Below are positions 25,011 through 36,689 of a stretch of 64,000 bases of DNA, piece after piece. The position numbers were made by a program, and so were the translations under genes. The notes under the pieces were generated by a model. It saw only the letters and a program-made list of their open reading frames with translations, was not told the origin of the DNA and ran no database searches. The first letter of the stretch is position 1; each line of letters begins with the position of its first letter. This DNA comes from Pristiophorus japonicus (lineage: Eukaryota), in NCBI RefSeq assembly GCF_044704955.1, contig NC_091977.1, forward strand, positions 1,550,001-1,614,000. The letters run 5' to 3'.

Positions 25011-25960
25011 CTTTTTTTTAAATTTCAAAATGTACTTTATTGATATAAAAAGTGGCACAATACATTAGAGGCAGTTCAGTACATTTGGATGTGGTCAGTA
25101 ATTCCATACAATACATTTGGATGCTGACGGCAGTTCAGTTCAATACATTTGCTTGCTTTACATTTCGAGGTACATTTCAGTACAATCCAGGATACATTGT
25201 AATACAGTCATCAAATTACTTTACTCGTGACACTATACGGTACACGGAATGGGTGAGGGTACAGTTACATTTCTTTGCAACATACATTACTAAACAGAAC
25301 TTGCATTATACATGGCACAACACAGGTGTTTTCAGATCATGGTGCTCTATGTATACAACAAGTTTACAAGTACAGCCCGAGGGGAGTTTTATACTGATTC
25401 CAGCCCCTGGGTTTACCGTGGTGGAAGGACTTTAAACTGTGGCCCTTCCCCACCGTGCCTTTGCGGCGACTGCACCAATTGTTAGTGTGACCCTCAGCAC
25501 GTACTCCTGGATCTTGGATTGTGCCAGTCTGCAACACGCAGACGTGGACATCTCCTTGCTCTGGAAGACCAGCAAGTTTCGGGAAGACCAAAGTGCGTCT
25601 TTCACCGAGTTGATGGCTCTCCAGCAGCTGATGATGTCAGTCTCGGTGTGTGTCCCTGGGAACAGCCCGTAGAGCACAGAGTCCTGTGTTACGGAGCTGC
25701 TTAGATGAACCTCGACAGCAACCACTGCATCTGCATCCAGACCTGCCTTGCAAAGGGGCAATCCCGAAGGAGATGGATGACAGTCTCGTCCGCACCACAG
25801 CCAACTCTGGGGCAGAGGGCCGTGTCTCTGAAACCCCGGCTGAGTATGAAGGATCTGACGGGTAGGGCCCTTCTCACCACCAACCAAGCCACATCTTGGT
25901 GCTTGTGTGAAAGCTCTGGCGATGAGACGTTCTGCCAGACGAGTTCGACAGTCTGCTCGG
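25011..25960 (-). mobile_element. Tx1 LINE 3' end (ORF2 zinc finger, 3' UTR, poly(A))
   Basis: CPRVGCGADETVIHLLRDC; near-identical to the reverse complement of 48977-49919. Poly(T) on the + strand at 25012. Confidence 0.92.
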
Positions 25961-26674
25961 GCTTGTGCATTGTGAGATCAAAAGCAGGAAACTCAAGGCT
26001 GCAAATCCACTGGCCCTCCTTATAATGTATGTAAATGAGCTAATTTGGGAACTCCACAGGCAGATTGTGGGCAGGGACATTCCCGGGGATTAACGTTGGT
26101 CTGAAAATTAAACAACTTCTTCTGCATTTCACTATCAGAAACATTTACACTGGGAGTGTGGAATTGCTGAGTTTACTCTCAGTCAGTGAGCACTGGTTGG
26201 GAGGTCCCCCTCAGGTACAAATCTCTTCACCTGTGCAGCCTTCTGTAAGCAGATAGAGAAGAGACATTTTCTGGTATTGTGAGCAGAGACAGTGCCACCC
26301 TAGACCGAGCCTAACATCCACCGTTTGTGAGTCTGTGAACACGCAGTGTGCAGATATCTTGTGTTGGCAGTGTGCTCGGGTGTCCAGTGTTTCTGTGTAT
26401 TTGCAAAGTGGGTGAACAGTTGTCAGAGAGCTGTACATTTTCCCACCTTGATGCCCCATTAAACTTGCAGTGAAGTGCTGACTGCCTGTGTTGGAAGGTC
26501 AAATTGTAAAAGGATGCAAAGTGTAAGCACAGTTCCCATAGCAACCCTTGGGCGATTAGTGAATGTCTTCCTCCTCGGATCACGAAGCAGTGTGTAAGAT
26601 GGGGGAGAGGAGGGAGCAGAGGAGCCACAGGCTGCCTAGCTTTTGGTCAAAACGTTCCATTAACTCATTGCACA

Positions 26675-27310
26675 ACAACAATAACACAACAACTTGTATT
26701 TATAGAGCGCCTTTAACGTAGTGAAACATCCCAAGGTGCTTCGTAGGAATATTATGAGACAAATATTTGACACCGAGCTGCATAAGTAGAAATCACGGCA
26801 GGTGACCAGAAGCTTGGTCAGAGGTATGTTTTAAGAAGTGTTTTGAAGGAGGAAAGAGAGCTCGAGAGGCGGGGAGGTTTAGGCAGGGAGTTCCAGAGCT
26901 TGGGGTCTAGACAACAGAAGGCATGGCCACCAATGGTGGAGCGATTCTAATCAGGGCTGTTCAAGAGGGCAGAAATAGAGGAGCGCAGACATCTCGGGGG
27001 ATGGGGGGGCGGGGGGTGAGGGGCTGGAGGAGATTACAGAGATAGGGAGGGGCGAGGCCATGGAGGGATTTGAAAACAAGGATGACAATTTTGAAACCGA
27101 GATGTTGCTTAACCGGGAGCCAATGTAGGTCAGCGAGCACAGAGGGTGATGGGTGAGTGGGACTTGGTGCGAGTTAGGACACGGGCAGTCGAGTTTAGGA
27201 TCATCTCTAGTTTACGTAGGGTAGAATGTGAGAGGCCAGCCAAGAGTGCTTTGGAATAGTGAAGTGTCGAGGTAACAAAGGCAAGGATGAGGGTTTCAGC
27301 AGTGGTTATC
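26675..27310 (-). mobile_element. L2 LINE 3' fragment
   Basis: TLILAFVTSTLHYSKALLAGL...NSTARVLTRT, with a (caa)n tail. Confidence 0.8.
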
Positions 27311-30300
27311 ATGGCCAACAGTGGATGCTGTGGGAAGGGAGGTCTGAAGAGGTAGTACAGTATGTGGTGGAGGAGGAGAGTTTGCAGGGGTCCAGCATGA
27401 ACCTGGAGTGTTGGGGATATTTGGTCACAGGGCGATGCCATGAAAAGGTCCAGAATGTGCTGCCCACCCTCTGGAGGGTAAGAAAGCCCACCTAAAGTTC
27501 TGGAGTTTTTCTCTGCCCTGGTACATAGACAGACTAGATACCTGTGGAAAAGCAAAAACATAGATGAGGTTGAAAAAGGCAGCTGGTTGTTTCCAAATAT
27601 AATGTTCCTTCCTTTTCCTAATCTACATGCTGCGTCTCGGTGACATCATGCACGGGGTCACTGCCCATGTGTTGAGGATATTGTGTATGGAGAAAGAGTC
27701 AGACTGAACACTGTGAGCTCAAAGTAAAGTGTGACCTTAGTCTTTTATTGCAGGTTTCCAGAGTGCCTCTCCAACCTGTGAAGCCTCCTTAAATACCTGT
27801 GCTCCCAAGGGATTGTGGGATCACTTAGGACTCCAGAGGATGAGCCCTCTGGTGGCTGTACAGCTTAATTACAAGTCCACATATAGAACAACACCCCCCC
27901 CGCAAAGTCAATAGTGTAACTATTTACAATGTGAGTCGATCTGGGGCCTTTCTTGCCCTGGTTGATCATCTCGGTGTGAAAGCTGGTGTTGCTGAATCAT
28001 TTGTTGGGCCCTCGCTGGGCTGCTGTACAGCTGGCCTTGCTGGGCTGCCTGGTGTGTTGGACCCTGCTGGGCTGCTGTACAGCTGGCCTTGCTGGTCTGC
28101 CTGGTGTGTTGGGCCCTCGCTGGGCTGCTGTGCAGCTGGCCTTGCTGGGCTGCCTGGTGTGTTGGACCCTGCTGGGCTGCTGTGCAGCTGGCCTTGCTGG
28201 GCTGCTGTGGATGATGGGTTCTGCTTCGTGGTCAACCGTGGTGCCGGTTGCCACTGGTGTGTATGTTGGAGGATCAAAAAAGGTAGGGTCCAAGGTGGGT
28301 TGCTCAGGATAGTCTGCGAATCTGAGTTTGATTTGGTCCAAGTGTTTCCGGTGAATGAGTCCATTTGAAAGTTTGACCCGAAACACCCTGATCCCCTCTT
28401 TGGCCACGACAGTGCCAGGAAGCCACTTGGGACTTTGTCCATAATTTAATACAAATACAGCATCATTGATTTCAATCTCGCCTGACACATTTGCACTATC
28501 ATGGTGTGCACTTTGTTGAAGCCGCCTGCTCTCCACCTGTTCATGTAGATCAGGGTGAACTAACGAGAGCCTTGTCTTAGGTGCTCTTTTCATGAGCATT
28601 TCAGCAGGTGGGATCCCAGTGAGTGAGTGGGGTCTCGTGCGGTAGCTAAGCAGGACTCGGGATAGGCGAGTCTGCAGTGAGCCTTCAGTTACCCTCTTCA
28701 AGCCTTGCTTGATGGTTTGCAATGCTCTCTCTGCCTGACCATTGGACGCTGGTTTAAACGGGACAGATGTGACATGTTTGATCCCGTTACAGGTCATGAA
28801 TTCTTTGAACTCAGCACTGGTAAAACATGGCCCGTTGCCACTCACCAGGACATCAGGTAAGCCGTGAGTGGCAAACATGGCCCACAGGGTTTCAGTAGTG
28901 GCAGCGGACGTGCTAGTCAACATTATCTCACATTCAATCCACTTGGAGTACGCGTCAACAACCACAAGAAACATTTTACCCAAGAACGGGCCTGCATAGT
29001 CGACGTGTAGCCTCGACCACGGTTTGGAGGGCCAAGAGTATAAACTGAGCTGCGCCTCTCTGGGTACATTGCTTAACTGCGAGCATGTATTACATCTGTG
29101 AACGCAGGACTCTAAGTCCATATTGATACCGGGCCACCACACATGGGATCTGGCTATCGCTTTCATCATTCTGATGCCTGGGTGGGTACTGTGGAGGTCA
29201 TTGATGAAAGTGTCTCTGCCCTTCTTGGGGACCACAACTCGATTGCCCCACAGAAGGCAGTCTGCCTGTGTAGACATTTCATCTTTGCGCTGCTGGAATG
29301 GCTTTATCTCTTCCTGCATTTCCACTGGGACACTGGACCAGCTCCCGTAAAGCGCACAGCTTTTGACTAGAGATAATAACGGGTCCTGGTTTGAACAGGT
29401 TTTGATCTGTCAGGCAGTGACAGGTGATTGCTCACTCTCAAATGTTTCCATAACCATGGCTAGATCTGTGGGCTGCACCATTTCCACCCCCGTGGTGGGC
29501 AATGGCAGCCTACTGAGAAACATAGAAACATAGAAAATAGGTGCAGGAGTAGGCCATTCGGCCCTTCTAGCCTGCACCGCCATTCAATGAGTTCATGGCT
29601 GAACATGCAACTTCAGTACCCCATTCCTGCTTTCTCGCCATACCCCTTGATCCCCCGAGTAGTAAGGATTTCATCTAACTCCTTTTTGAATATATTTAGT
29701 GAATTGGCCTCAACAACTTTCTGTGGTAGAGAATTCCATAGGTTCTCCACTCTCTGCGTGAAGAAGTTTCTCCTCATCTCAGTCCTAAATGGCTTACCCC
29801 TTATCCTTAGACTGTGTCCCCTGGTTCTGGACTTCCCCAACATTGGGAACATTCTTCCTGCATCTAACCTGTCTAAACCCATCAGAATTTTAAACGTTTC
29901 TATGAGGTCCCCTCTCATTCTTCTGAACTCCAGTGAATATAAGCCCAGTTGATCCAGTCTTTCTTGATAGGTCAGTCCCGCCATCCCGGGAATCAGTCTG
30001 GTGAACCTTCGCTGCACTCCCTCAACAGCAAGAATGTCCTTCCTCTAGTTAGGAGACCAAAACTGTACACAATACTCCAGGTGTGGCCTCACCAAGGCCC
30101 TGTACAACTGTAGCAACACCTCCCTGCCCCTGTACTCAAAGCCCCTCGCTATGAAGGCCAACATGCCATTTGCTTTCTTAACCGCCTGCTGTACCTGCAT
30201 GCCAACCTTCAATGACTGATGTACCATGACACCCAGGTCTAGTTGCACCTCCCCTTTTCCTAATCTGTCACCATTCAGATAATAGTCTGTCTCTCTGTTT

Positions 30301-32587
30301 TTACTATCAAAGTGGATAACCTCACATTTATCCACATTATACTTCATCTGCCATGCATTTGCCCACTCACCTAACCTATCCAAGTCGCTCTGCAGCCTCA
30401 CAGCATCCTCCTCGCAGCTCACACTGCCACCCAACTTAGTGTCATCCGCAAATTTGGAGATACTACATTTAATCCCCTCATCTAAATCATTAATGTACAG
30501 TGTAAACAGCTGGGGCCCCAGCACAGAACCTTGCGGCACCCCACTAGTCACTGCCTGCCATTCTGAAAAGTACCCATTTACTCCTACTCTTTGCTTCCTG
30601 TCTGACAACCAGTTCTCAATCCATGTCAGCACACTACCCCCAATCCCATGTGCTTTAACTTTGCACATTAATCTCTTGTGTGGGACCTTGTCGAAAGCCT
30701 TCTGAAAGTCCAAATATACCACATCAACTGGTTCTCCCTTGTCCACTCTACTGGAAACATCCTCAAAAAATTCCAGAAGATTTGTCAAGCATGATTTCCC
30801 TTTCACAAATCCATGCTGACTTGGACCTATCATGTCACCTCTTTCCAAATGTGCTGCTATGACATCCTTAATAATTGATTCCGTCATTTTACCCATGACT
30901 GAGGTCAGGCTGACCGGTCTATAATTCCCTGCTTTCTCTCTCCCTCCTTTTTTAAAAAGTGGGGTTACATTGGCTACCCTCCACTCTACAGGAACTGATC
31001 CAGAGTCAATGGAATGTTGGAAAATGACTGTCAATGCATCCACTATTTCCAAGGCCACCTCCTTAAGTACTCTGGGATGCAGTCCATCAGGCCCTGGGGA
31101 TTTATCGGCCTTCAATCCCATCAATTTCCCCAACACAATTTCCCGACTAATAAGGATTTCCCTCAGTTCCTCCTCCTTACTAGACCCTCTGACCCCTTTT
31201 ATATCCGGAAGGTTGTTTGTGTCCTCCTTAGTGAATACCGAACCAAAGTACTTGTTCAATTGGTCTGCCATTTCTTTGTTCCCCGTTATGACTTCCCCTG
31301 ATTCTGACTGCAGGGGACCTACGTTTGTCTTTACTAACCTTTTTCTTTTTACATATCTATAGAAACTTTTGCAATCGTTTTAATGTTTCCTGCAAGCTTC
31401 TTCTCGTACTCCATTTTCCCTGCCCTAATCAAACCCTTTGTCCTCCTCTGCTGAGTTCTAAATTTCTCCCAGTCCCCGGGATCGTTGCTATTTCTGCCCA
31501 ATTTGTATGCCACTTCCTTGGCTTTAATACTATCCCTGATTTCCCTTGATAGCCACGGTTGAGCCACCTTCCCTTTTTTATTTTTACGCCAGACAGGAAT
31601 GTAAAATTGTTGTAGTTCATCCATGCAGTCTCTAAATGTCTGCCATTGCCCATCCACAGTCAACCCCTTAAGTATCATTCGCCAATCTATCCTAGCCAAT
31701 TCATGCCTCATACCTTCAAAGTTAGCCTTCTTTAAGTTCTGGACCATAGTCTCTGAATTAACTGTTTCATTCTCCATCCTAATGCAGAATTCCACCATAT
31801 TATGGTCACTCTTCCCCAAAGGGCCTCGCACAATGCGATTGCTAATTAATCCTCTCTCATGACACAACACCCAGTCTAAGATGGCCTCCCCCCTAGTTGG
31901 TTTCTCGACATATTGGTCTAGAAAACCATCCCTTATGCACTCCAGGAAATCCTCCTCCACCGTATTGCTTCCAGTTTGGTTAGCCCAATCTATGTGCATA
32001 TTAAAGTCACCCATTATAACTGCTGCACCTTTATTGCATGCACCCCTAATTTCCTGTTTGATGCCCTCCCCAACATCACTACTACTGTTTGGAGGTCTGT
32101 ACACAACTCCCACTAACGTCTTTTGCCCTTTGGTGTTCTGCAGCTCTACCCATATAGATTCCACATCATCCAAGCTAATGTCCTTCCTAACTATTGCATT
32201 AATCTCCTCTTTAACCAGCAATGCTACTCCACCTCCTTTTCCTTTTATTCTATCTTCCTGAATGTTGAATACCCCTGGATGTTGAGTTCCCAGCCCTGAA
32301 CATCCTGGAGCCACGTCTCTGTAATCCCAATCACATCATATTTGTTAACATCTATTTGCACAGTTAATTCATCCACCTTATTATGGATACTCCTTGCATT
32401 AAGACACAAAGCCTTCAGGCTTGTTTTTTTAACACCCTTTGTCCTTTTAGAATTTTGCTGTACAGTGGCCCTTTTTGCCTTGGGTTTCTCTGCCCTCCAC
32501 TTTTCCTCATCTCCTTTCTGTCTTTTGCTTTTGTCTCCTTTTTGTTTCCCTCTGTCTCCCTGCATTGGTTCCCATCCCCTTGCCATA

Positions 32588-33535
32588 TTAGTTTAACTCC
32601 TCCCCAACAGCACTAGCAAACACTCCCCCTAGGACATTGGTTCCGGTCCTGCCCAGGTGTAGACCGTCCGGTTTGTACTGGTCCCACCTCCCCCAGAACC
32701 GGTTCCAATGCCCCAGGAATTTGAATCCCTCCCTGCTGTACCACTGCTCAAGCCACGTATTCATCTGTGCTATCCTGCGATTCCTACTCTGGCTAGCACG
32801 TGGCACTGGTAGCAATCCTGAGATTACTACTTTTGAGGTTCTACTTTTTAATTTAGCTCCTAGCTCCTTAAATTCGTTTCGTAGGACCTCATCCCTTTTT
32901 TTTCCTATGTCGTTGGTACCAATGTGCACCACGACAACTGGCTGTTCTCCCTCCCTTTTTAGAATGTCCTGCACCCGCTCCGAGACATCCTTGACCCTTG
33001 CACCAGGAAGGCAACATACCATCCTGGAGTCTCGGTTGCGGCCGCAGAAACACCTATCTATTCCCCTTACAATTGAATCCCCTATCACTATTGCTCTCCC
33101 ACTCTTTTTCCTGCCCTCCTGTGCAGCAGAGCCAGCCACGGTGCCATGAACTTGGCTGCTGCTGCCCTCCCCTGATGAGTCATCCCCCTCAACAGTACTC
33201 AAAGCAGTGTATCTGTTTTGCAGGGGGACGACCGCAGGGGACCCCTGCACTACCTTCCTTGCACTACTCTTCCTGCTGGTCTTCCATTCCCTATCTGGCT
33301 GTGGACCCTTCTCCTGCGGTAAGACCAACTCGCTGCACGTGCTACTCACGTCATTCTCAGCATCGTGGATGCTCCAGAGTGAATCCACCCTCAGCTCCAA
33401 TTCCGCAACGCGGTCTGTCAGGAGCTGGAGGCGGATACACTTCCCGCAGATGTAGTCGTCAGGGACACTGGAAATATCCCTGAGTTCCCACATGGTACAG
33501 GAGGAGCATATCACGTGACCGAGCTCTCCTGCCAT
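32588..33535 (-). CDS. CR1 ORF1p: zinc finger/leucine zipper plus SGNH esterase, 315 aa
   Basis: CxxC...CxxC, a coiled coil, then GDS, GTND and DGLH blocks; uninterrupted. Confidence 0.9.
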   Translation of the reverse strand: MAGELGHVICSSCTMWELRDISSVPDDYICGKCIRLQLLTDRVAELELRVDSLWSIHDAENDVSSTCSELVLPQEKGPQPDREWKTSRKSSARKVVQGSPAVVPLQNRYTALSTVEGDDSSGEGSSSQVHGTVAGSAAQEGRKKSGRAIVIGDSIVRGIDRCFCGRNRDSRMVCCLPGARVKDVSERVQDILKREGEQPVVVVHIGTNDIGKKRDEVLRNEFKELGAKLKSRTSKVVISGLLPVPRASQSRNRRIAQMNTWLEQWYSREGFKFLGHWNRFWGRWDQYKPDGLHLGRTGTNVLGGVFASAVGEELN

Positions 33536-33719
33536 GAATTAACCCTTAGATACACTTAAATTGGTGACAACACTGTTACAGGTTACTTCCTGAAATAAAA
33601 AAGAAAAAGAAAAACTACTCACCAATCACCAGCCAATCACTTACCCCTTTGGCTGTGACGTCACCTTTTGATTCCTTTCTACTTCTTTTCTGCTTTTTCT
33701 CCCGGCTGGAGGTGCACAA

Positions 33720-34245
33720 ACCCCGCCTTTATAGGCCTCACCTCGACTCCCACCGACTGCCTGTGGAACACCCGCTGGGCCTTTATAGGCCTCACCTCGA
33801 CTCCCGCCTCTCACCGACTGCCTGTGGAACACCCGCTGGGCCTTTATAGGCCTCACCTCGACTCCCGCCTCTCACCGACTGCCTGTGGAACACCCGCTGG
33901 GCCTTTATAGGCCTCACCTCGACTCCCACCTCTCACCGACTGCCTGTGGAACACCCGCTGGGCCTTTATAGGCCTCACCTCGAGCTCCCGCCTCTCACCG
34001 ACTGCCTGTGGAACACCCGCTGGGCCTTTATAGGCCTCACCTCGACTCCCGCCTCTCACCGACTGCCTGTGGAACACCCGCTGGGCCTTTATAGGCCTCA
34101 CCTCGACTCCCACCGACTGCCTGTGGAACACCCGCTGGGCCTTTATAGGCCTCACCTCGACTCCCGCCTCTCACCGACTGCCTGTGGAACACCCGCTGGG
34201 CCTTTATAGGCCTCACCACGCTGCTCCCGCCTCTCACCGACTGCT
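33720..34245 (-). repeat. CR1 5' UTR tandem monomers, ~61 bp (some shorter), about 9 copies, each with TATAAA on the minus strand
   Basis: Unit ctttataggcctcacctcgactcccgcctctcaccgactgcctgtggaacacccgctgggc. Confidence 0.9.
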
Positions 34246-34364
34246 GCTCGGCGCAGTTTTCTGTGCCTGGCCTGTGGCGGATGGCGTAGTTGTATGCGGA
34301 CAACGCGAGCGCCCATCTCTGGATGCGGGCCGATGCATTGGTATTTATCGCTTTACTCTTGGAA

Positions 34365-35833
34365 AATGGAAAGCAGCGAATGTAACGCCTCTGTTTAAAA
34401 AAGGGGGCAGACAAAAGGCAGGTAACTATAGGCCGGTTAGTTTAACATCTGTAGTGGGGAAAATGCTTGAAGCTATCATTAAGGAAGAAATAGCGGGACA
34501 TCTAGATAGGAATAGTGCAATCAAGCAGATACAACATGCAAAGGGGAAATCATGTTCAACTAATTTACTGGAATTCTTTGAGGATATAACGAGCATGGTG
34601 GATAGAGGTGTACTGATGGATGTGGTGTATTTAGATTTCCAAAAGGCATTCGATAAGGTGCCACACAAAAGGTTACTGCAGAAGATAAAAGTACGCAGAG
34701 TCAGAGGAAATGTATTAGCATGGATAGAGAATTGGCTGGCTGACAGAAAGCAGAGAGTCGGGATAAATGGGTCCTTTTCAGGTTGGAAATCGGTGGTTAG
34801 TGGTGTGCCACAGGGATCGGTGCTGGGACCACAACTGTTTACAATATACATAGATGACCTGGAAGAGGGGACAGAGTGTAGTGTGACAAAATTTGCAGAT
34901 GACACAAAGATTAGTGGGAAAGCGGGTTGTGTAGAGGACACAGAGAGGCTGCAAAGAGATTTAGATAGGTTAAGCGAATGGGCTAAGGTTTGGCAGATGG
35001 AATACAATGTCGGAAAATGTGAGGTCATCCACCTTGGCAAAAAAAACAGGAAAAGGGAATATTATTTGAATGGGGAGAAATTACAACATGCTGCGATGCA
35101 GAGGGACCTGGGGATCCTTGTGCATGAATCCCAAAAAGTTAGTTTGCAGGTGCAGCAGGTAATCAGGAAGGCGAATGGAATGTTGGCCTTCATTGCGAGA
35201 GGGATGGAGTACAAAAGCAGGGAGGTTCTGCTGCAACTGTACAGGGTATTGGTGAGGCCGCACCTGGAGTACTGCGAGCAGTTTTGGTCACCTTACTTAA
35301 GGAAGGATATACTAGCTTTGGAGGGGGTACAGAGACGATTCACGAGGCTGATTCCAGAGATGAGGGGGTTACCTTATGATGATAGATTGAGTAGACTGGG
35401 TCTTTACTTGTTGGAGTTCAGAAGGATGAGGGGTGATCTTTCAGAAACATTTAAAATAATGAAAGGGATCGACAAGATTGAGGCAGAGAGGTTGTTTCCA
35501 CTGGTCGGGGAGACTAGAACTAGGGGGCACAGCCTCAAAATACGGGGGAGCCAATTTAAAACCGAGTTGAGAAGGAATTTCTTCTCCCAGAGGGTTGTGA
35601 ATCTGTGGAATTCTCTGCCCAAGGAGCAGTTGAGCCTAGCTCATTGAATGTATTCAAGTCACAGATAGATAGATTTTTAACCAATAAGGGAATTAAGGGT
35701 TACGGGGAGCGGGCGGGTAAGTGGAGCTGAGTCCACGGCCAGATCAGCCATGATCTTGTTGAATGGTGGAGCAGGCTCGAGGGGCTAGATGGCCTACTCC
35801 TGTTCCTAATTCTTATGTTCTTATGTTCTTATG
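34365..35833 (+). mobile_element. 5'-truncated CR1 LINE (RT and 3' UTR)
   Basis: [23 protein letters not shown] and a (ttcttatg)n tail; near-identical to 59200-60667. Confidence 0.95.
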
Positions 35834-36123
35834 ACAGTGTAGAAGGAGCTTTACTCTGTATCTAACCCGTGTTGTACTTGCCCTTGGAGTGTTTGATGGG
35901 ACAGTGTAGAGGGAGCTTTACTCTGTATCTAACCCGTGCTGTACCTGCCCTGGGAGTGTTTGCTGGGACAGTGTAGAGGGAGCTTTACTCTGTATCTAAC
36001 CCGTGTTGTACTTGCCCTTGGAGTGTTTGATGGGACAGTGTAGAGGGAGCTTTACTCTGTATCTAACCCGTGTTGTACTTGCCCTGGGAGTGTTTGATGG
36101 GACAGTGTCGAGGGAACTTTACT
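35834..36123. repeat. 67-bp satellite, about 4 copies
   Basis: Unit gacagtgtagagggagctttactctgtatctaacccgtgctgtacctgccctgggagtgtttgatgg. Confidence 0.95.
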
Positions 36124-36579
36124 TCCATAGATAAACATTGCAAGAACACACGGAACTTTAAAAACACGCATGATCGGACTGGTAGATATGAACAGTTCCA
36201 ACAAAATTGCACCTTGTTACCGTGGGTGTTTTTTAGTGATGCCAGTTCCAGATCTGGGTCTGTCTGACACCTTGATGGTTAACGTCTACATCCAGTTGAT
36301 GCCCGTTAATTCGCTCCCTTTTCCCTCAGAGCTGCTCACTTTAATTTAAAGCTATTGCACCCACAATAATCTGATGAAAATAGTCAAATCCAGACACATA
36401 AAATGGGACAAAAAGAAGACGTGGACTTGGTCTTGGTGGAAATATTTGGCCCTCTGGCTCCCAGTGTTTAAAGCTGAATGTTTTCACTTTCCACATCTTT
36501 TATAGAATGACTGACAGGAGTATTTAAATATTCAACGAGATGGAGAGTGAAACTGAAACTCTAACTTTGTCCTTCACAG

Positions 36580-36689
36580 TGAGAGTGAGACCACTTCCGA
36601 CCATTTGGATGGTCACAGTTTCGGGCTACTTGTTGGTTAAACTGGGCATTGCTGTCGGACTCATTTCCTGCTTGAAGAGGATGAACAGA
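36580..36689 (+). CDS. IgSF receptor exon 6: transmembrane segment with a central Lys
   Basis: Splice sites ccttcacag|...aga|gtaaga, phase 1-0. Reads VRVRPLPTIWMVTVSGYLLVKLGIAVGLISCLKRMNR: a hydrophobic helix followed by a basic stop-transfer. Confidence 0.82.

Larger units (their letters stand above)
29517..34245 (-). mobile_element. Essentially full-length CR1 LINE with frameshifted ORF2
   Basis: 5' UTR monomers, intact ORF1 at 33535-32588, ORF2 APE and RT pieces at 32586-29613 (GITETW, SDH, FADD), and an (agaaacat)n tail. Confidence 0.95.
27680..34360 (-). mobile_element. Gypsy LTR retrotransposon 3' part (LTR, integrase, end of RNase H), interrupted by a CR1 and truncated by a second CR1
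   Basis: LTR ~27680-27893 with an adjacent PPT complement (C-run). Integrase ORF 27997-29325 (HSTHPG, WWPG, LHVDYAGP, SNGQAER). The element resumes at 34245-34360 (SARIQRWALALSAYNY). Confidence 0.9.

Noticed and set aside
26139-26214. Possible extra stalk exon between D4 and TM (ctatcag|...tcag|gtac)
   Set aside because: There is a stop codon in the required phase-1 frame.
34184-35647. 487-aa ORF with a novel-looking N-terminus
   Set aside because: It is a chance read-through: antisense CR1 5' UTR monomer and antisense Gypsy sequence fused to a truncated CR1 RT.
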